From an uncultured Candidatus Rokubacteria bacterium (GTDB lineage: Bacteria > Methylomirabilota > Methylomirabilia > Rokubacteriales > CSP1-6): a DNA stretch of 64,000 nucleotides. Within the stretch, counting starts at the first letter, position 1. Every line of letters starts with the position of its first letter. The notes beneath the pieces were generated by a model. That model saw only the letters and a program-made list of their open reading frames with translations, did not search any database and was not told where the DNA came from. This document shows, piece by piece, positions 42,700-53,104 of this stretch. The stretch is taken from positions 128,001 to 192,000 of the forward strand of contig CAVXJS010000010.1 of NCBI GenBank assembly GCA_963762145.1, read 5' to 3'. Position numbers and translations under genes: made by a program.

Positions 42700-44267
42700 T
42701 CAGCGCTCGCGGAACATGTCCCAGTAGCGGTACGAGATGCGGTCGCCCTCGTAGACGAAGCCCTTCACGTCCTTCCGGGTGATGATCTTGTCGACGATGC
42801 GGCCGTTGACCACCACCGCGGCGTCCTTCCAGAGGAGCTCCGCGGCCTGGCGGAGCTGCCGCTGCTCGCGGGCCTGATCGAGGGACACCATCGAGTCGTT
42901 GACGAGCCGGTCGTACTCGGGGTTCGCGTAGTAGGTGAAGTTCCGGCCGCCCTTCGTGGGAAACGCATCGGAGTGGTACATGGAGAACAGGAAGTCGTAG
43001 GGCGTGGGGATGAACATCGGCCGGAAGTAGCCGAACATGTGCACGGCGGTGCCGGGGTCGCGGGCGGCGCCCCAGTCGGTGGCGCGCTTGACCAGAGCCG
43101 GCCACGTGTCGTCGAAGAGCTCGAGCCCGATGTTGAGCTTGGACAGCTCCGCCTGGAAGATCTCGAAGATGGCGCGCTTGTCGGCGTCGCCCTTCTGCGA
43201 CTGGTACCGGAGCTGGAAGCCCCCGTTGGGGAAGCCCGCCTCGGCGAGGAGCTGCTTGGCCCGCGCGGGGTCGTACGGGTAGGGGTTCTCCATCTTCCAG
43301 TCCTCCCGAGCAGCGGGGTGTAGAGCGGGCCGGGGTTGGCCGCGTTGCCCGTGATGGCGTTGAACGCCTCCTGGTTCCAGAGGTGATGCAGGGCCTGGCG
43401 CACGCGGAGGTCCTTCGTGGGGCCGGCCTGCGTGTTGAGGAACGTCACCATCTGCGTCGTGCCGGCCTTCTCGTGCACGGTGAGGGCGGCGTTGCGCTTG
43501 AGCGCGGGCAGCGCGTCCTTGGTCACGTTCTCCGCGATGTCGAGCTCGCCCTTCTCGATCATCAGCCGCTGGGTCTCCGGCTCGTAGATGTGCCGGAGGT
43601 TCAGGGTGGCGAACTTGTTCGCCGGCCAGCCCCGCCAGTACTGGGGGTTTCTCTTCGCCACGTGGATGATGTTGGGCTCCCACCGCTCGAGCGTGTACGG
43701 GCCCGTGCCCGCGGTGTGGTCGCGCAGCCAGTTCTCGGCGTTGTCCCCGCCCTTGTCGTTGCCGCGCACGGCGGTGGGGCTGACGATCAGCAAGAAGCGC
43801 AGGCCCGCGAGGAAGGCGTTGTTGGGCTTGTCCAGGTGGAACACGATCGTCGTCGGCTTCGGCGTCTCCACCTTGACGATCGGCTTGACGTAGAGCGAGG
43901 CGGCCTTCTTGAAGGCCTGGGCCCGCTCCACCGAGAACTTGACCGCGGCCGCGTCGAACGGGGTCCCGTCGTTGAACTTCACCCCGCTGCGCAGCGTGAA
44001 CGTCCAGGTCTTGCCGTCGGGCGACATCTGCCACGCGGTCGCCAGCACCGGGCGGAGCCCGTTGATGTCGTCGTTCAGGTCGACGAGCGACTCGTAGAAG
44101 TTGTTGAGGGTCCACCACAGGCTGTCGAGCCCGCCCGCGTGAGGATCGTAGGTGCCGAGCGCGCTGAACTTGCCGACGTTCAGCGTGTTGTCCTGGGCCG
44201 GCGCCGGTGCCGGGAGGACGGCGGAGATGACGGCGACGGCGAGCAGCGCGAGCAGCCGGAGAGTCAT
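42700..44267 (-). CDS. Family 5 ABC substrate-binding protein (frameshift near 43305)
   Basis: Signal peptide; LATAWQMSPDGKTWTFTLRSGVKFNDGTPFDA, GTGPY, RVRQAL; C-half YPYDPARAKQLLAEAG in next frame. Confidence 0.9.
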
Positions 44268-44304
44268 GACAGCTCCTCCTGGGTGCGGGGTGGCGGTTCG
44301 GGCG

Positions 44305-44359
44305 GCCATCAGGGGGACGCCGGCCATCAGCGGAACGCCGGCCATCAGCGGAACGCCGG
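44305..44359 (-). repeat. 18-bp tandem repeat (about 3 units) made of the LLM gene's last codons and stop
   Basis: Minus strand CCGGCGTTCCGCTGATGG x2 plus CCGGCGTCCCCCTGATGG. Confidence 0.85.
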
Positions 44360-45350
44360 AATGATCTCGCGGCCGTACGTCTCGAGGGTCGAGAAGTGCC
44401 GGTCGGGCTCCACGATCGACAGGTAGAGGCACACCTGCGTCACGCCCGCCGCCTCGAGCTTCTTGATCTTGTCGCGCACCTCGGCGGCCGTCCCGATCAG
44501 GGTGAGCCGCTCGGCCATCGCGTCGGTGACGGTGCGGACGTGGGGCGCATCGGGCTGCCCGTGCTGCTGGTAGTCGTACCCGGCGACTGCCTCCATGCCC
44601 TCCACGAGCTCGGCGGGCAGCTCCGAGGGCGCGTGATGGCGCAGCAGGTCCCGGACGTGGTTCGACACCGTGGCGGGGAAGCCGCGCACCCGCGAGAGGG
44701 CGTGCTCGCGATCGTCGGAGACGTACGTCGGCGCGCCCGCGAGCACCTCGAAGCCCGCCCAGGGCAGGCCGGCCTGCTCGCGCCCGCGCCTCACGTGGGC
44801 CACCGACCACTCGACGACACTAGGCGAGGCGAGCTGGAGGATGACGCCGTCCCCTTCGGCGCCGGCGAGCTCGAGCACCCGGGGGCCGTAGGCGGCCACC
44901 CAGACCGGGACCTTGTGGGTGAGCCACGGAAAGTGGATGCGCGGTGCCCCCGTAGTCCACCTCGTCGCCGCGGCAGAGCGCGCGGATCGTCCGCAGGGTC
45001 TCGCGGAACTGCTTGACGGGCATCGGCGGCAGGCCGAGGGTGCGCACCGCGCTGTCGCCGCGGCCCACGCCCAGGACGGCGCGGCCCTCGTAGAGCTGCG
45101 CGATGGTCGCGATCATGCTGGCCATCACCGTCGGGTGGCGAGTCACTGGATTGGAGACGAGCGGCCCGACGGTCAGGCGGCGGCTGCCCGCCGCGGCGGC
45201 GGCCAGGTAGGGGCTGACCTCCTGCCAGATGAGGTGCGAGTCGCCGAACCACATGAACTCGAACCCCGCGTCCTCCGCCACCCGCATGGTGGTGAGCATG
45301 TGCGAGAACGGGAAGTGGCCGGGGCGCAGCATGACGCCGAACTTGAGCAT
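44345..45350 (-). CDS. LLM-class F420-dependent oxidoreductase, TIGR03842-like (frameshift near 44935)
   Basis: FGDSHLIWQE, GVGRGDSAVR, AAYGPR, DGVILQLA, GYDYQQHG. Confidence 0.85.
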
Positions 45351-45354
45351 GGCC

Positions 45355-46716
45355 CTAGCTTCGAGCGAGATAGCGGCCGCGGGCGCCGTCGGAGACGACC
45401 TCTCCCGCGTCGTAGGCGACGCGGCCACCCGCGATGGTCGTGGCCGCCCAGCCCCGCGCCACGTATCCCTCGTACGGGCTGAAGTCGACCGCGGAGTTGA
45501 GCGCGGGGAGATCCACCTTGACCTCGCGATCGGTGTCGACGATGACGAGGTCGGCGTCCGACCCCGCCTCGAGCGCGCCCTTCCTCGGATAGAGCCCGAA
45601 GAGCCGCGCCGCGTTGAACGAGGTGAGGCGCACGACGTCCGGCATGGTGAGCCGCCCGCGGTTGACCCCCTCGGTCAGCAGCACCGGGAGGATCATGGCG
45701 CTCCCCGCGGTGATCCCGGCGCGCGCCGCCCAGAGCTCGTCGCCCTTCACCGCCTTCGTGTAAGGACAGTGATCCGAGCCCATCACGTCGACGGTCCCGT
45801 CGGTGAGGCGCTGCCAGAGCGCGTCGATGTGATCGCGCCCGCGGAGCGGCGGGTTCACCTTGCCCTGCACCCCGCGGTCGGTCTCCTTGTCGAAGGCCAG
45901 GTAGTGCGGACAGCTCTCGGTGGCCACGCGGCCGGGCCCCCACGCCTTCTGGCGCAGGAACTCCGAGCCGAGGCCGACGCCCATGTGGGGGATCAGGAGC
46001 TGGACGGCGGCGGCCTCGGCGAACTGGCACATGCGCCGGATCGCCTCGAGCTCGCCCCACGCCGGCCGGCCGTCGGACCAGGCCGCGGTGTCCTGCCGCC
46101 CGGCGGCCATGAACGGCTTCTGGTGCAGCTCGATGATCTCCATGTTCTCGCAGTGCACGATGGCCACGCCGCCGGGCACGTCCTTCACGCGCTGGAACAT
46201 CGAGAAGATCTGGTCGTCGCCCATGCCCTGGATCCCGCTCGGCGAGATCTCGCGCCCCTTGTAGGCCATGAACGCCTTGAAGGAGCGCACGCCGAACTCC
46301 GAGGCCATGCGCGGGATCTCGTCGATCTGGGACTCGCGGATGATGATGGCGTGGAAGAGCATGTCGACCACGCTCTGCGAAGCCACCGCCCGCCGCATCT
46401 CGCCCAGCGCGTCCAGGTAGGAGCCCCGGGTGATCACGAAGGGCATCAGGGTGGTCACGCCGCCCGTGACGGCGTGCCGGCTCTCCGTCGCGCAGTCCGA
46501 GGCGAAGGCCTGGGCGGCGTTGCCGAGGTGCAGGTGCGTGTCGAGGAGCCCGGGGACGACGAAGCGCCCGCCCGCGTCGATGGTGCGGCGGGCGGTGACG
46601 GTCTCGCCGGGGCGGAGCACGGCCGCGATCGACCCGCCGCGGATGGCGAGCCCGCAGTCGACGACGCCGTCGGGCCTGACGACGCGACAGTCCTTGACGA
46701 ACAGGTCGGCGTCCAT
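45355..46716 (-). CDS. Cyclic amidohydrolase (dihydropyrimidinase/hydantoinase family)
   Basis: PGLLDTHLH, SFKAFMAYK, VHCEN, KVNPPLR, GSDHCP, GSDAD. Confidence 0.9.
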   Translation of the reverse strand: MDADLFVKDCRVVRPDGVVDCGLAIRGGSIAAVLRPGETVTARRTIDAGGRFVVPGLLDTHLHLGNAAQAFASDCATESRHAVTGGVTTLMPFVITRGSYLDALGEMRRAVASQSVVDMLFHAIIIRESQIDEIPRMASEFGVRSFKAFMAYKGREISPSGIQGMGDDQIFSMFQRVKDVPGGVAIVHCENMEIIELHQKPFMAAGRQDTAAWSDGRPAWGELEAIRRMCQFAEAAAVQLLIPHMGVGLGSEFLRQKAWGPGRVATESCPHYLAFDKETDRGVQGKVNPPLRGRDHIDALWQRLTDGTVDVMGSDHCPYTKAVKGDELWAARAGITAGSAMILPVLLTEGVNRGRLTMPDVVRLTSFNAARLFGLYPRKGALEAGSDADLVIVDTDREVKVDLPALNSAVDFSPYEGYVARGWAATTIAGGRVAYDAGEVVSDGARGRYLARS

Positions 46717-46720
46717 CGGC

Positions 46721-47581
46721 TCAGCCCTGGACCACGTCCCCGTAGGCGTCCGGGCGCCGGAACTTCATGAACCCCCAGAGATCGCGCACGTCCTCGCACG
46801 TCTTGGGGTCGATGTCGGCGTAGAGGATCTCGTCCTCCTTGTCGCCCGCGCGGGCCATCACCCCGCCCTTCGGATCGATGAAGAGCGCCGAGCCGAAGTA
46901 GTGGCGATCGGGGGGCCCGCCGACGTCCTTGCCCACCTTGTTGACGCCGCCCACGTAGAACATGTTGGCGATGGCGTGACCGCGCAGCTCGACCTCCCAG
47001 ACGTCGCGGATCCACTCGCGATAGGTCGCGGTCGGCACCAGGAGCAGGTGCGCGCCCCGCAGGCCGAGCATCCGGGCCGCCTCCGGGAAGTGGCGGTCGT
47101 AGCAGATGAGGATGCCGATCTTGAGGCCGAACGGCGTATCGAACACCGGGAAGCCGAGGTTGCCGGGCTGAAAGAAGAAGCGCTCGTCGCCGGGCGTCTC
47201 GCCCGCCTTCACGGTGCGGAGGATCTGGGGGATGGACATCTTGCGGTACTTGCCGATGAGCTCGCCGTCGGGACCGATCACCACCGCCGTGTTGAACAGG
47301 ACGCCGCCGTCGTTCTCGTAGAGGGGGTAGACGATGACGGTCCCGGTCTCCTTGGCGACCCGGCGCAGGCGATCGACGGCGGGGCCGGGGACGGGTTCGG
47401 CGGTCTCGAACCACTTCTTGTCGCGGTCGAAGCAGAAGTAGATGGTGGTGCAGAGCTCCGGGAAGCACACCACCTTGGCCCCGTTTCCGGCGGCTTGCCG
47501 GGCAAGGCTCTCGGCCTTCTCGATATTGATGTTCTTGTCGATGTGTCCACTGAACTGGGCGAGTGCAACCCGTACGGTCAT
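46721..47581 (-). CDS. Nitrilase-family C-N hydrolase
   Basis: Start MTVRVALAQF after GAGGAGG RBS; FPELC, KYRK, ICYDRHFPE. Confidence 0.9.
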   Translation of the reverse strand: MTVRVALAQFSGHIDKNINIEKAESLARQAAGNGAKVVCFPELCTTIYFCFDRDKKWFETAEPVPGPAVDRLRRVAKETGTVIVYPLYENDGGVLFNTAVVIGPDGELIGKYRKMSIPQILRTVKAGETPGDERFFFQPGNLGFPVFDTPFGLKIGILICYDRHFPEAARMLGLRGAHLLLVPTATYREWIRDVWEVELRGHAIANMFYVGGVNKVGKDVGGPPDRHYFGSALFIDPKGGVMARAGDKEDEILYADIDPKTCEDVRDLWGFMKFRRPDAYGDVVQG

Positions 47582-47657
47582 CGGATCGGATCCTCCTCTG
47601 GGATGGCAGGCCCAGCTTTTGTACCGCCGCGGGGCGCATTGCGCAAGAGGCACGTGC

Positions 47658-49013
47658 TTACGCGGGCGGTCCTTGATCGGCCGAGGCGCGGAGGCCGCAT
47701 GCGCGCTCGGGTCGATGACGAGGGAGCAGAGCGCGGCGGCCACCGCCAGCGAGAGACCGCCGATCACGACGACGGCGAGCCGGTTGTCGCCGCCCACCAG
47801 CTGGACGAGCTGACTCTCGTCGGTCAGGAGCCGCTCCAGGAGCGTGCCGAAGCCGAGCGCGGCCAGGATCTCCGGGATCACGATGAAGAAGTTGAAGATC
47901 CCCATGTAGATCCCGGTCTTCCCGGCGGGCAGGGCGTTGGCCAGGATGGAGTACGGCATCGCGAGCGTGCTGGCCCAGGCGATACCCACGCCCACCATCG
48001 GCAGGAGCAGCAGGTACTTGTCGTCGATGGCGGCGACCGAGGTCAGGCCGACGGCGCCGATCAGCAGGCAGAGCGCGTGGGTGAGCCGCCGGCCCAGCCG
48101 CGCGGCCAGGGCCGGCAGCGCGAACGAGAAGGCGAAGCAGACCGCGGAGTACATGGCGAAGCAGTTGCCGGCCCAGGCGATGCCCTGCGTCGTACTCCGG
48201 CGTACCCGGCGCACCGCCGAAGATGTTCCGGGCCACCGCGACCCCGAAGTACAGCCACATGCAGAAGAAGCCGAGCCAGGTGAAGATCTGCACCCACGCC
48301 AGGCGGCGCATGGTCTGGGGCATGGCGAGCGCGTCGTGGAAGATCTCGACGACCGCGGCGCGGACGCCGGTCTTCTCGGACTTCATCCGTCGGAACGCCT
48401 CCAGATCCTCCGGCGGGTGCTCGCGGGTGGTGAAGATGGTCCAGAGCACCGCGGCCAGGAAGACGACCGCGCCGATGTAGAAGGCCAGCCGAACCGCGGG
48501 CGGGATGGCATTCCCGGCGGCCGCGGCGGTCGAAAGGAGGTCGAACAGCAGCCAGGGCAGCACCGAGGCGATGACCGCCCCCAGCCCGATGAACAGCGCC
48601 TGCATCGCGTAGCCGCGCGTGCGCTGCTCCGGGGGCAAGAGATCGGCGACGAAGGCGCGGAAGGGCTCCATGCTGATGTTGATGGAGGCGTCCAGCACCC
48701 ACAGCAGCCCGGCCGCCATCCAGAGCGAGCTGGAGTGGGGCATCGCGATGAGCGCGCATGAGGCCAGCAGCGCGCCGACAAGGAAGTACGGCCGGCGCCG
48801 GCCGAGGCGGTTCCACGTGCGGTCGCTCATGTGGCCGATGATGGGCTGGACCAGCAGCCCGGTGAGGGGCGCGGCGAGCCACAGGATGGGGATCTGGTGC
48901 GCGTCCGCACCGAGGTACTCGTAGATCGCGCTCATGTTGGCCATCTGGAGCGCCCAGCCGAACTGGATGCCCAGGAAGCCGAAGCACATGTTCCAGATCC
49001 GCCAGAAGCTCAT
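47658..49013 (-). CDS. MFS sugar transporter (maltose/sucrose type; frameshift near 48190)
   Basis: NMCFGFLGIQFGWALQ, GRRRPYFL, INISMEPFRA, GIYMGIFNFFIVIPE; 3' end uncertain. Confidence 0.88.
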   Translation of the reverse strand: MSFWRIWNMCFGFLGIQFGWALQMANMSAIYEYLGADAHQIPILWLAAPLTGLLVQPIIGHMSDRTWNRLGRRRPYFLVGALLASCALIAMPHSSSLWMAAGLLWVLDASINISMEPFRAFVADLLPPEQRTRGYAMQALFIGLGAVIASVLPWLLFDLLSTAAAAGNAIPPAVRLAFYIGAVVFLAAVLWTIFTTREHPPEDLEAFRRMKSEKTGVRAAVVEIFHDALAMPQTMRRLAWVQIFTWLGFFCMWLYFGVAVARNIFGGAPGTPEYDAGHRLGRQLLRHVLRGLLRLLVRAAGPGRAAGPAAHPRALPADRRRRPDLGRRHRRQVPAAPADGGRGYRLGQHARDAVLHPGQRPARREDRDLHGDLQLLHRDPGDPGRARLRHAPGAAPDRRESARPAGGRRQPARRRRDRRSLAGGGRRALLPRHRPERACGLRASADQGPPA

Positions 49014-49032
49014 TGGCAGAAGCTCATGGATC

Positions 49033-51231
49033 TCACTTGATCAACAAGACTTGCCCCTCGTGTGGGCCGAGGGTGAGGGACAAGCGCCGCGCCGCGCCCA
49101 GCTTGCCGAGCGCCTTCTCCGCGAGAAGGTCGGTGACGGTCCCGCCGGCCGGCGCGGTCTTGATGGTCACGCCCTCCCGCACGGCCGCGCGGCCGAAGTT
49201 GACCGCGGTGACCTGCAGGCCCGCGCCGTCGGGAAGACGGTGGACCATGACGACCAGGCCGCGCGCCCGCACCGAAGGCAGCTCGACCTGCTCGCTCTCG
49301 TGGATGCGGTATTGTGCGCGCACGCGCAGCATCCGGCCGAGCTCGGAGGCGAACGAGTCCGGTCGCGCGAGCTGCTCGGGCAGCGGCCCGTAGAGGGCCT
49401 GGGCGCGCGGCAGCTCGCTGCTCGAGTTGGTCACCCTCGGGTGCCTGCCCAGCAGGTCGTAGGCGCCGCGGTTGATCCAGCGCGTGTCGCCCTCGGCGAT
49501 GAGGTCCTTCACGGATTCGGCCGGCACGGTCAGGGCGCCCACCAGGTCCCAGCCGGACAGCGCGAAGACGCCCGGCTGCATGGCGTTGAACAGCGCCAGG
49601 AGCAGGTGCGCGCGCTGGATGTCGCGCCGCTGCGCCTCGGTGACGTTCCGGAGGTCGGGGATGCCGAGCGCGGCCGCGGCCACGGTGGCGGTGGTGCACG
49701 AGATGCCGTTGGCGGCCTTCAGATTGTAGGGCGCGGCGAGGCCCATCAGGCGGTCGTGCATCTCGGCCCGGATGGTGTCGCGCAGCGGGCCGCCCTTCAC
49801 CGGCTTGCCGCGGAAGGTGAACGTCGTGTCCTTGTGCCGGGTCCAGAAGGGCACCAGCTCGAGCGTGAGCTCGTCGTGGTTCTGGAGCGCGTGGATGAGG
49901 CTCGCGGGATCCACCTGGAAGGCCCGCTGCATATCGAGCATGAGTCGCAGGAACGAGGCGTCGCCGGTGACGAGAGCGTGGTGGTAGGCCGGGCGGGTGA
50001 CGAAGTCGTAGGAGAGATCGGCGCCCCCTTGCGACATCGCGGTCAGGTCCTCGAGGGTCAGGTTCAGCTCCTGGAACGTGAAGCCGCCGAGCTTGCGCAC
50101 CAGCCCGGCGATGAGCTGGTTGGCGGTGACCGAGAGCGGGTGCCCCTCGGACCAGGCGGCGCCGTTCTTCGGGCCCACCTCGATGCCGAGGAAGCCGTTG
50201 GCGTCCAGACGTACCATGCGCTCGCCCAGGGTGGCCAGCGAGTGAATGGCGTCGCCCGCGACCAGCCGCGGCGCCGCGAAGGTGGGGTCGAGCCAGTTGA
50301 AGGTGGGCTGCCCTTCCTTGAAGTAGTGCAGGTACACCCAGCGGCGGCTCGTGCCGTCGACGCCCACGACGGCGTCGGTGGCCGACCAGTCGGTCTCCTT
50401 GACGCCCGGCTCGTAGAAGATGGTGCGCGGGAGCTGGCCGACGATGTAGCCGCGCGCCCTGAGGGCGTCCACCGCCGCCGGCCCGAGGTTGACCGAGTCC
50501 TTGCCGGCGGGGACCGCGGGGAGCAGGCTCCAGTCCGCCGGGCCGATCTCCACCATGTGGTAGAGCCCCGGATAGTCGCCGTGGCGCCGCTCGGCCAGGC
50601 GGAAGTCGGCGCCCTTGCCGCTGTGGCCCGGGATGATGTCGCCGATGATCACCGCGCCGTTCTCGCCCGCGTGGCGGACCAGGGCCTGGTACTGCGTCTC
50701 GGTGCCGAAGGCCGGGTCGATCTCGTTGCTGATGCGGTCGAAGTTGCCGTCCACGGTGGGCGTGTACTCGCGCCCGCGGATGCCGCCGGCGCGCTTCATC
50801 GGCCCGGTGTGCATGCCGCCGATGCCGATCTCGCGGAAGACGCGCCAGAGCCCCGGATCGCCCAGGCTCTCCAGCACCGATTCGCCCGGTCCGGTGATCT
50901 GCGATGGCGGGTACGCGGTGAACCACACCGAGGCCAGCGCCGAGGCGGCGCGCGGCTGCGGCACCGCGTAGGGATGCCGCCAGAGCTCGCCCTGGCCCGA
51001 GTAGCGGCGCGCGGCCCGCTCGGCCTGGTGGAGCATCGAGCGCTCCACCAGCCAGCGGATGTACGCCTCGCCGGCGATCGGGTCCGGCGCCGCGGCGGGA
51101 GCCGGCGCGACGCTCGGAGCCGGGTCGGGCCGGACCGGGGGCGCCGGCTGGCACGCCGGGCCGAGCGCGCCGACGATCGCGGCCAGGGCGAGCAGGACGC
51201 CGCGCAGGCGGGTCGTGGGCTCGGATGCCAT
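49033..51231 (-). CDS. treS: Trehalose synthase / maltose alpha-D-glucosyltransferase, Pseudomonas stutzeri type
   Basis: [52 protein letters not shown]. Confidence 0.9.
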   Translation of the reverse strand: MASEPTTRLRGVLLALAAIVGALGPACQPAPPVRPDPAPSVAPAPAAAPDPIAGEAYIRWLVERSMLHQAERAARRYSGQGELWRHPYAVPQPRAASALASVWFTAYPPSQITGPGESVLESLGDPGLWRVFREIGIGGMHTGPMKRAGGIRGREYTPTVDGNFDRISNEIDPAFGTETQYQALVRHAGENGAVIIGDIIPGHSGKGADFRLAERRHGDYPGLYHMVEIGPADWSLLPAVPAGKDSVNLGPAAVDALRARGYIVGQLPRTIFYEPGVKETDWSATDAVVGVDGTSRRWVYLHYFKEGQPTFNWLDPTFAAPRLVAGDAIHSLATLGERMVRLDANGFLGIEVGPKNGAAWSEGHPLSVTANQLIAGLVRKLGGFTFQELNLTLEDLTAMSQGGADLSYDFVTRPAYHHALVTGDASFLRLMLDMQRAFQVDPASLIHALQNHDELTLELVPFWTRHKDTTFTFRGKPVKGGPLRDTIRAEMHDRLMGLAAPYNLKAANGISCTTATVAAAALGIPDLRNVTEAQRRDIQRAHLLLALFNAMQPGVFALSGWDLVGALTVPAESVKDLIAEGDTRWINRGAYDLLGRHPRVTNSSSELPRAQALYGPLPEQLARPDSFASELGRMLRVRAQYRIHESEQVELPSVRARGLVVMVHRLPDGAGLQVTAVNFGRAAVREGVTIKTAPAGGTVTDLLAEKALGKLGAARRLSLTLGPHEGQVLLIK

Positions 51232-51491
51232 CAGGGAGCACCACAACAGAAGCGCCCCGGGTTGGTCAAGGGCGCGCTGCGTGCGTCGCCAGCGGCAAGG
51301 AGCCCGCCGGTTAATTGTTCCCGGTCAAATTGTTCCCGATCCCCGCGCCGGCGGAGCGGGCCGGCGGAAAACGCTAGATTTCTGCCGTTTCCGCCCGGCA
51401 TGTCAGTTGCAATTCAGGTCGGCGAAGGGCCCAGTCTTAGCGAGTGGGCCGTGGAGGCGGAAGCCACGCGGCCCGGATACGGAGAGACACC

Positions 51492-52343
51492 ATGCATGCA
51501 ATGGCCAAGGTAACCGCGACGGCGACGCTGATCGCGCTGGCATTCGCCGGTACGACCGGGGCGAGTGCCGCGGACAAGAAATCCACGACCGAGTCGATGA
51601 AGACGACGGTCAGCGACTCGTGGATCACCTCCAAGACCAAGATCGCCCTGTTCGCGGACAGCCGCGCGCCCGGCAACGCGGTCAACGTGGAGACGAAGAA
51701 CGGGATGGTGTCTCTCCGCGGCAAGGTGGAGAACGCGACCGAGAAGCAGGCGGCCGAGGAGGTCGCGCGAGGTATCGAGGGCGTGCAGGGCGTCCGGAAC
51801 GAGCTCCAGGTGGTGCCGGGGACCGCGAAGAAGCTGGTCGACGTGAAGGACGACGAGATCACCAAGCAGGTCAAGAGCCGTCTCGAGAAGGACGCGAAGC
51901 TGAAGAGCGTCGACGTGCGGACCGACAACGGGGTGGTGACGCTCCAGGGGCGGCTGCCGAACATCACGGACAGCGCGCGGGCCTCGCAGATGGCGCGGGA
52001 GGTCCCGGGTGTCCGCGCGGTTCGCAATGACACGACCTATGACAACCCGAAGGTGAGTCTCGAGCGCGATCGCCCGGCACGGGCGCGCCCGGTGAGCATG
52101 ACGGGGCCGCAGCACACTGCGCCGCTGGTCGCCGCCCGGACGGACGCCGATGTGCGAATGGTGCAGGAGAAGCTGAAGGACAAGGGCTTCGACCCGGGTC
52201 CGGTGGACGGGGTCTGGGGCCCGCGCACCGCGTCCGCGCTGGCCGAGTACCAGCGGAAGGAGAACCTGACGGTGACGAAGCGCCTGGACCGCGAGACGCT
52301 GGACAAGCTCGCGGTCACTCCGTCGAAGCCGCAGAATCCGTAG
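51492..52343 (+). CDS. Secreted two-BON-domain (OsmY-like) protein with peptidoglycan-binding domain
   Basis: Signal peptide; DSWITSKTK..GVQGVRNEL; VQEKLKDKGFDPGPVDGVWGPRT. Confidence 0.9.
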   Translation: MHAMAKVTATATLIALAFAGTTGASAADKKSTTESMKTTVSDSWITSKTKIALFADSRAPGNAVNVETKNGMVSLRGKVENATEKQAAEEVARGIEGVQGVRNELQVVPGTAKKLVDVKDDEITKQVKSRLEKDAKLKSVDVRTDNGVVTLQGRLPNITDSARASQMAREVPGVRAVRNDTTYDNPKVSLERDRPARARPVSMTGPQHTAPLVAARTDADVRMVQEKLKDKGFDPGPVDGVWGPRTASALAEYQRKENLTVTKRLDRETLDKLAVTPSKPQNP

Positions 52344-52345
52344 CC

Positions 52346-52516
52346 ATGTCATTCGGGCTCTACATCTTCGGGTACGTCGTCCTGATCATCGGCCTGGCGC
52401 TGGGCGCCCATCTGGCGCACGTCCCGCAGAAGTGGATCGGGGTCGGCGTCCTTTGCCTGGTCGGGCTGGCGATCATTCACGGCGTGAAGGCGACCCGACA
52501 GAAGGATCCATCCTAG
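52346..52516 (+). CDS. Small two-TM membrane protein (56 aa, below ORF-track cutoff)
   Basis: MSFGLYIFGYVVLIIGLALGAHLAHVPQKWIGVGVLCLVGLAIIHGVKATRQKDPS. Confidence 0.75.
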   Translation: MSFGLYIFGYVVLIIGLALGAHLAHVPQKWIGVGVLCLVGLAIIHGVKATRQKDPS

Positions 52517-52679
52517 CGAAGCTCGCCAAGGCGTCGGGCGGGTGATCGGGAATCCTACCGATCACCCGCTGCGCTGCCAGCGCGTCCTTTTCAGGCTCAC
52601 CGAGGCGTTGGTCTCCTGGCCTCAGCCGGAGCGAGTCGGCCCGGTTGACCTCTCGGCCCCGTGAGCATAGGCTCGGCGC

Positions 52680-52883
52680 ATGACGATACGGAGTGCGGCG
52701 TCGCTGGCCCTGATCGGCGCGGTCCTGGTGATGATCGTGCTGGTGATCGGATTCGTCCTCGACCTGCTGAATGTGGTTCGCGGCCTGATCCCAGCGCTGC
52801 GACTGGTCACGTCCTTCATCTACGCGTTCGCGAGCGTGGCGGCGGTCGTGTTCCTGGCTGTCTTTCGCAAAGCCCAGCCGTGA
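52680..52883 (+). CDS. Small membrane protein
   Basis: Two hydrophobic helices, 67 aa. Confidence 0.6.
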   Translation: MTIRSAASLALIGAVLVMIVLVIGFVLDLLNVVRGLIPALRLVTSFIYAFASVAAVVFLAVFRKAQP

Positions 52884-52892
52884 GGGAGCGCC

Positions 52893-53102
52893 GTGAGGGA
52901 CACCGGGCTCCTCGGCGTGGGGGTGGTCATCGGCTGGCTGGCGAGCAAGACCTGGAGCGACCCCGGCTGCCAGCTGGGTCTGGTCGTCTTCCTGATCGCC
53001 GCGGCCGTCATGACCCTGGGCTTCCTGGTCGCGATAGTCGGTCACCGGCGGGATCCCGTCGCGGACGATCCCGATGATGAGGACGAGCACCATCAGCCCT
53101 GA
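52893..53102 (+). CDS. Small membrane protein
   Basis: GGAG RBS, two hydrophobic segments, acidic tail, ends 2 nt before hyuA. Confidence 0.55.
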   Translation: MRDTGLLGVGVVIGWLASKTWSDPGCQLGLVVFLIAAAVMTLGFLVAIVGHRRDPVADDPDDEDEHHQP

Positions 53103-53104
53103 CC

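Noticed and set aside
44305-44359. CRISPR array
   Set aside because: Units are contiguous with no spacers; no repeat-spacer array was seen anywhere in the window
46721-48214. MFS transporter-nitrilase fusion protein (497-aa ORF)
   Set aside because: The nitrilase has its own strong RBS and ATG at 47581; the read-through is best explained by an indel near the MFS 3' end, where a TAA lies at 47658 in a neighbouring frame
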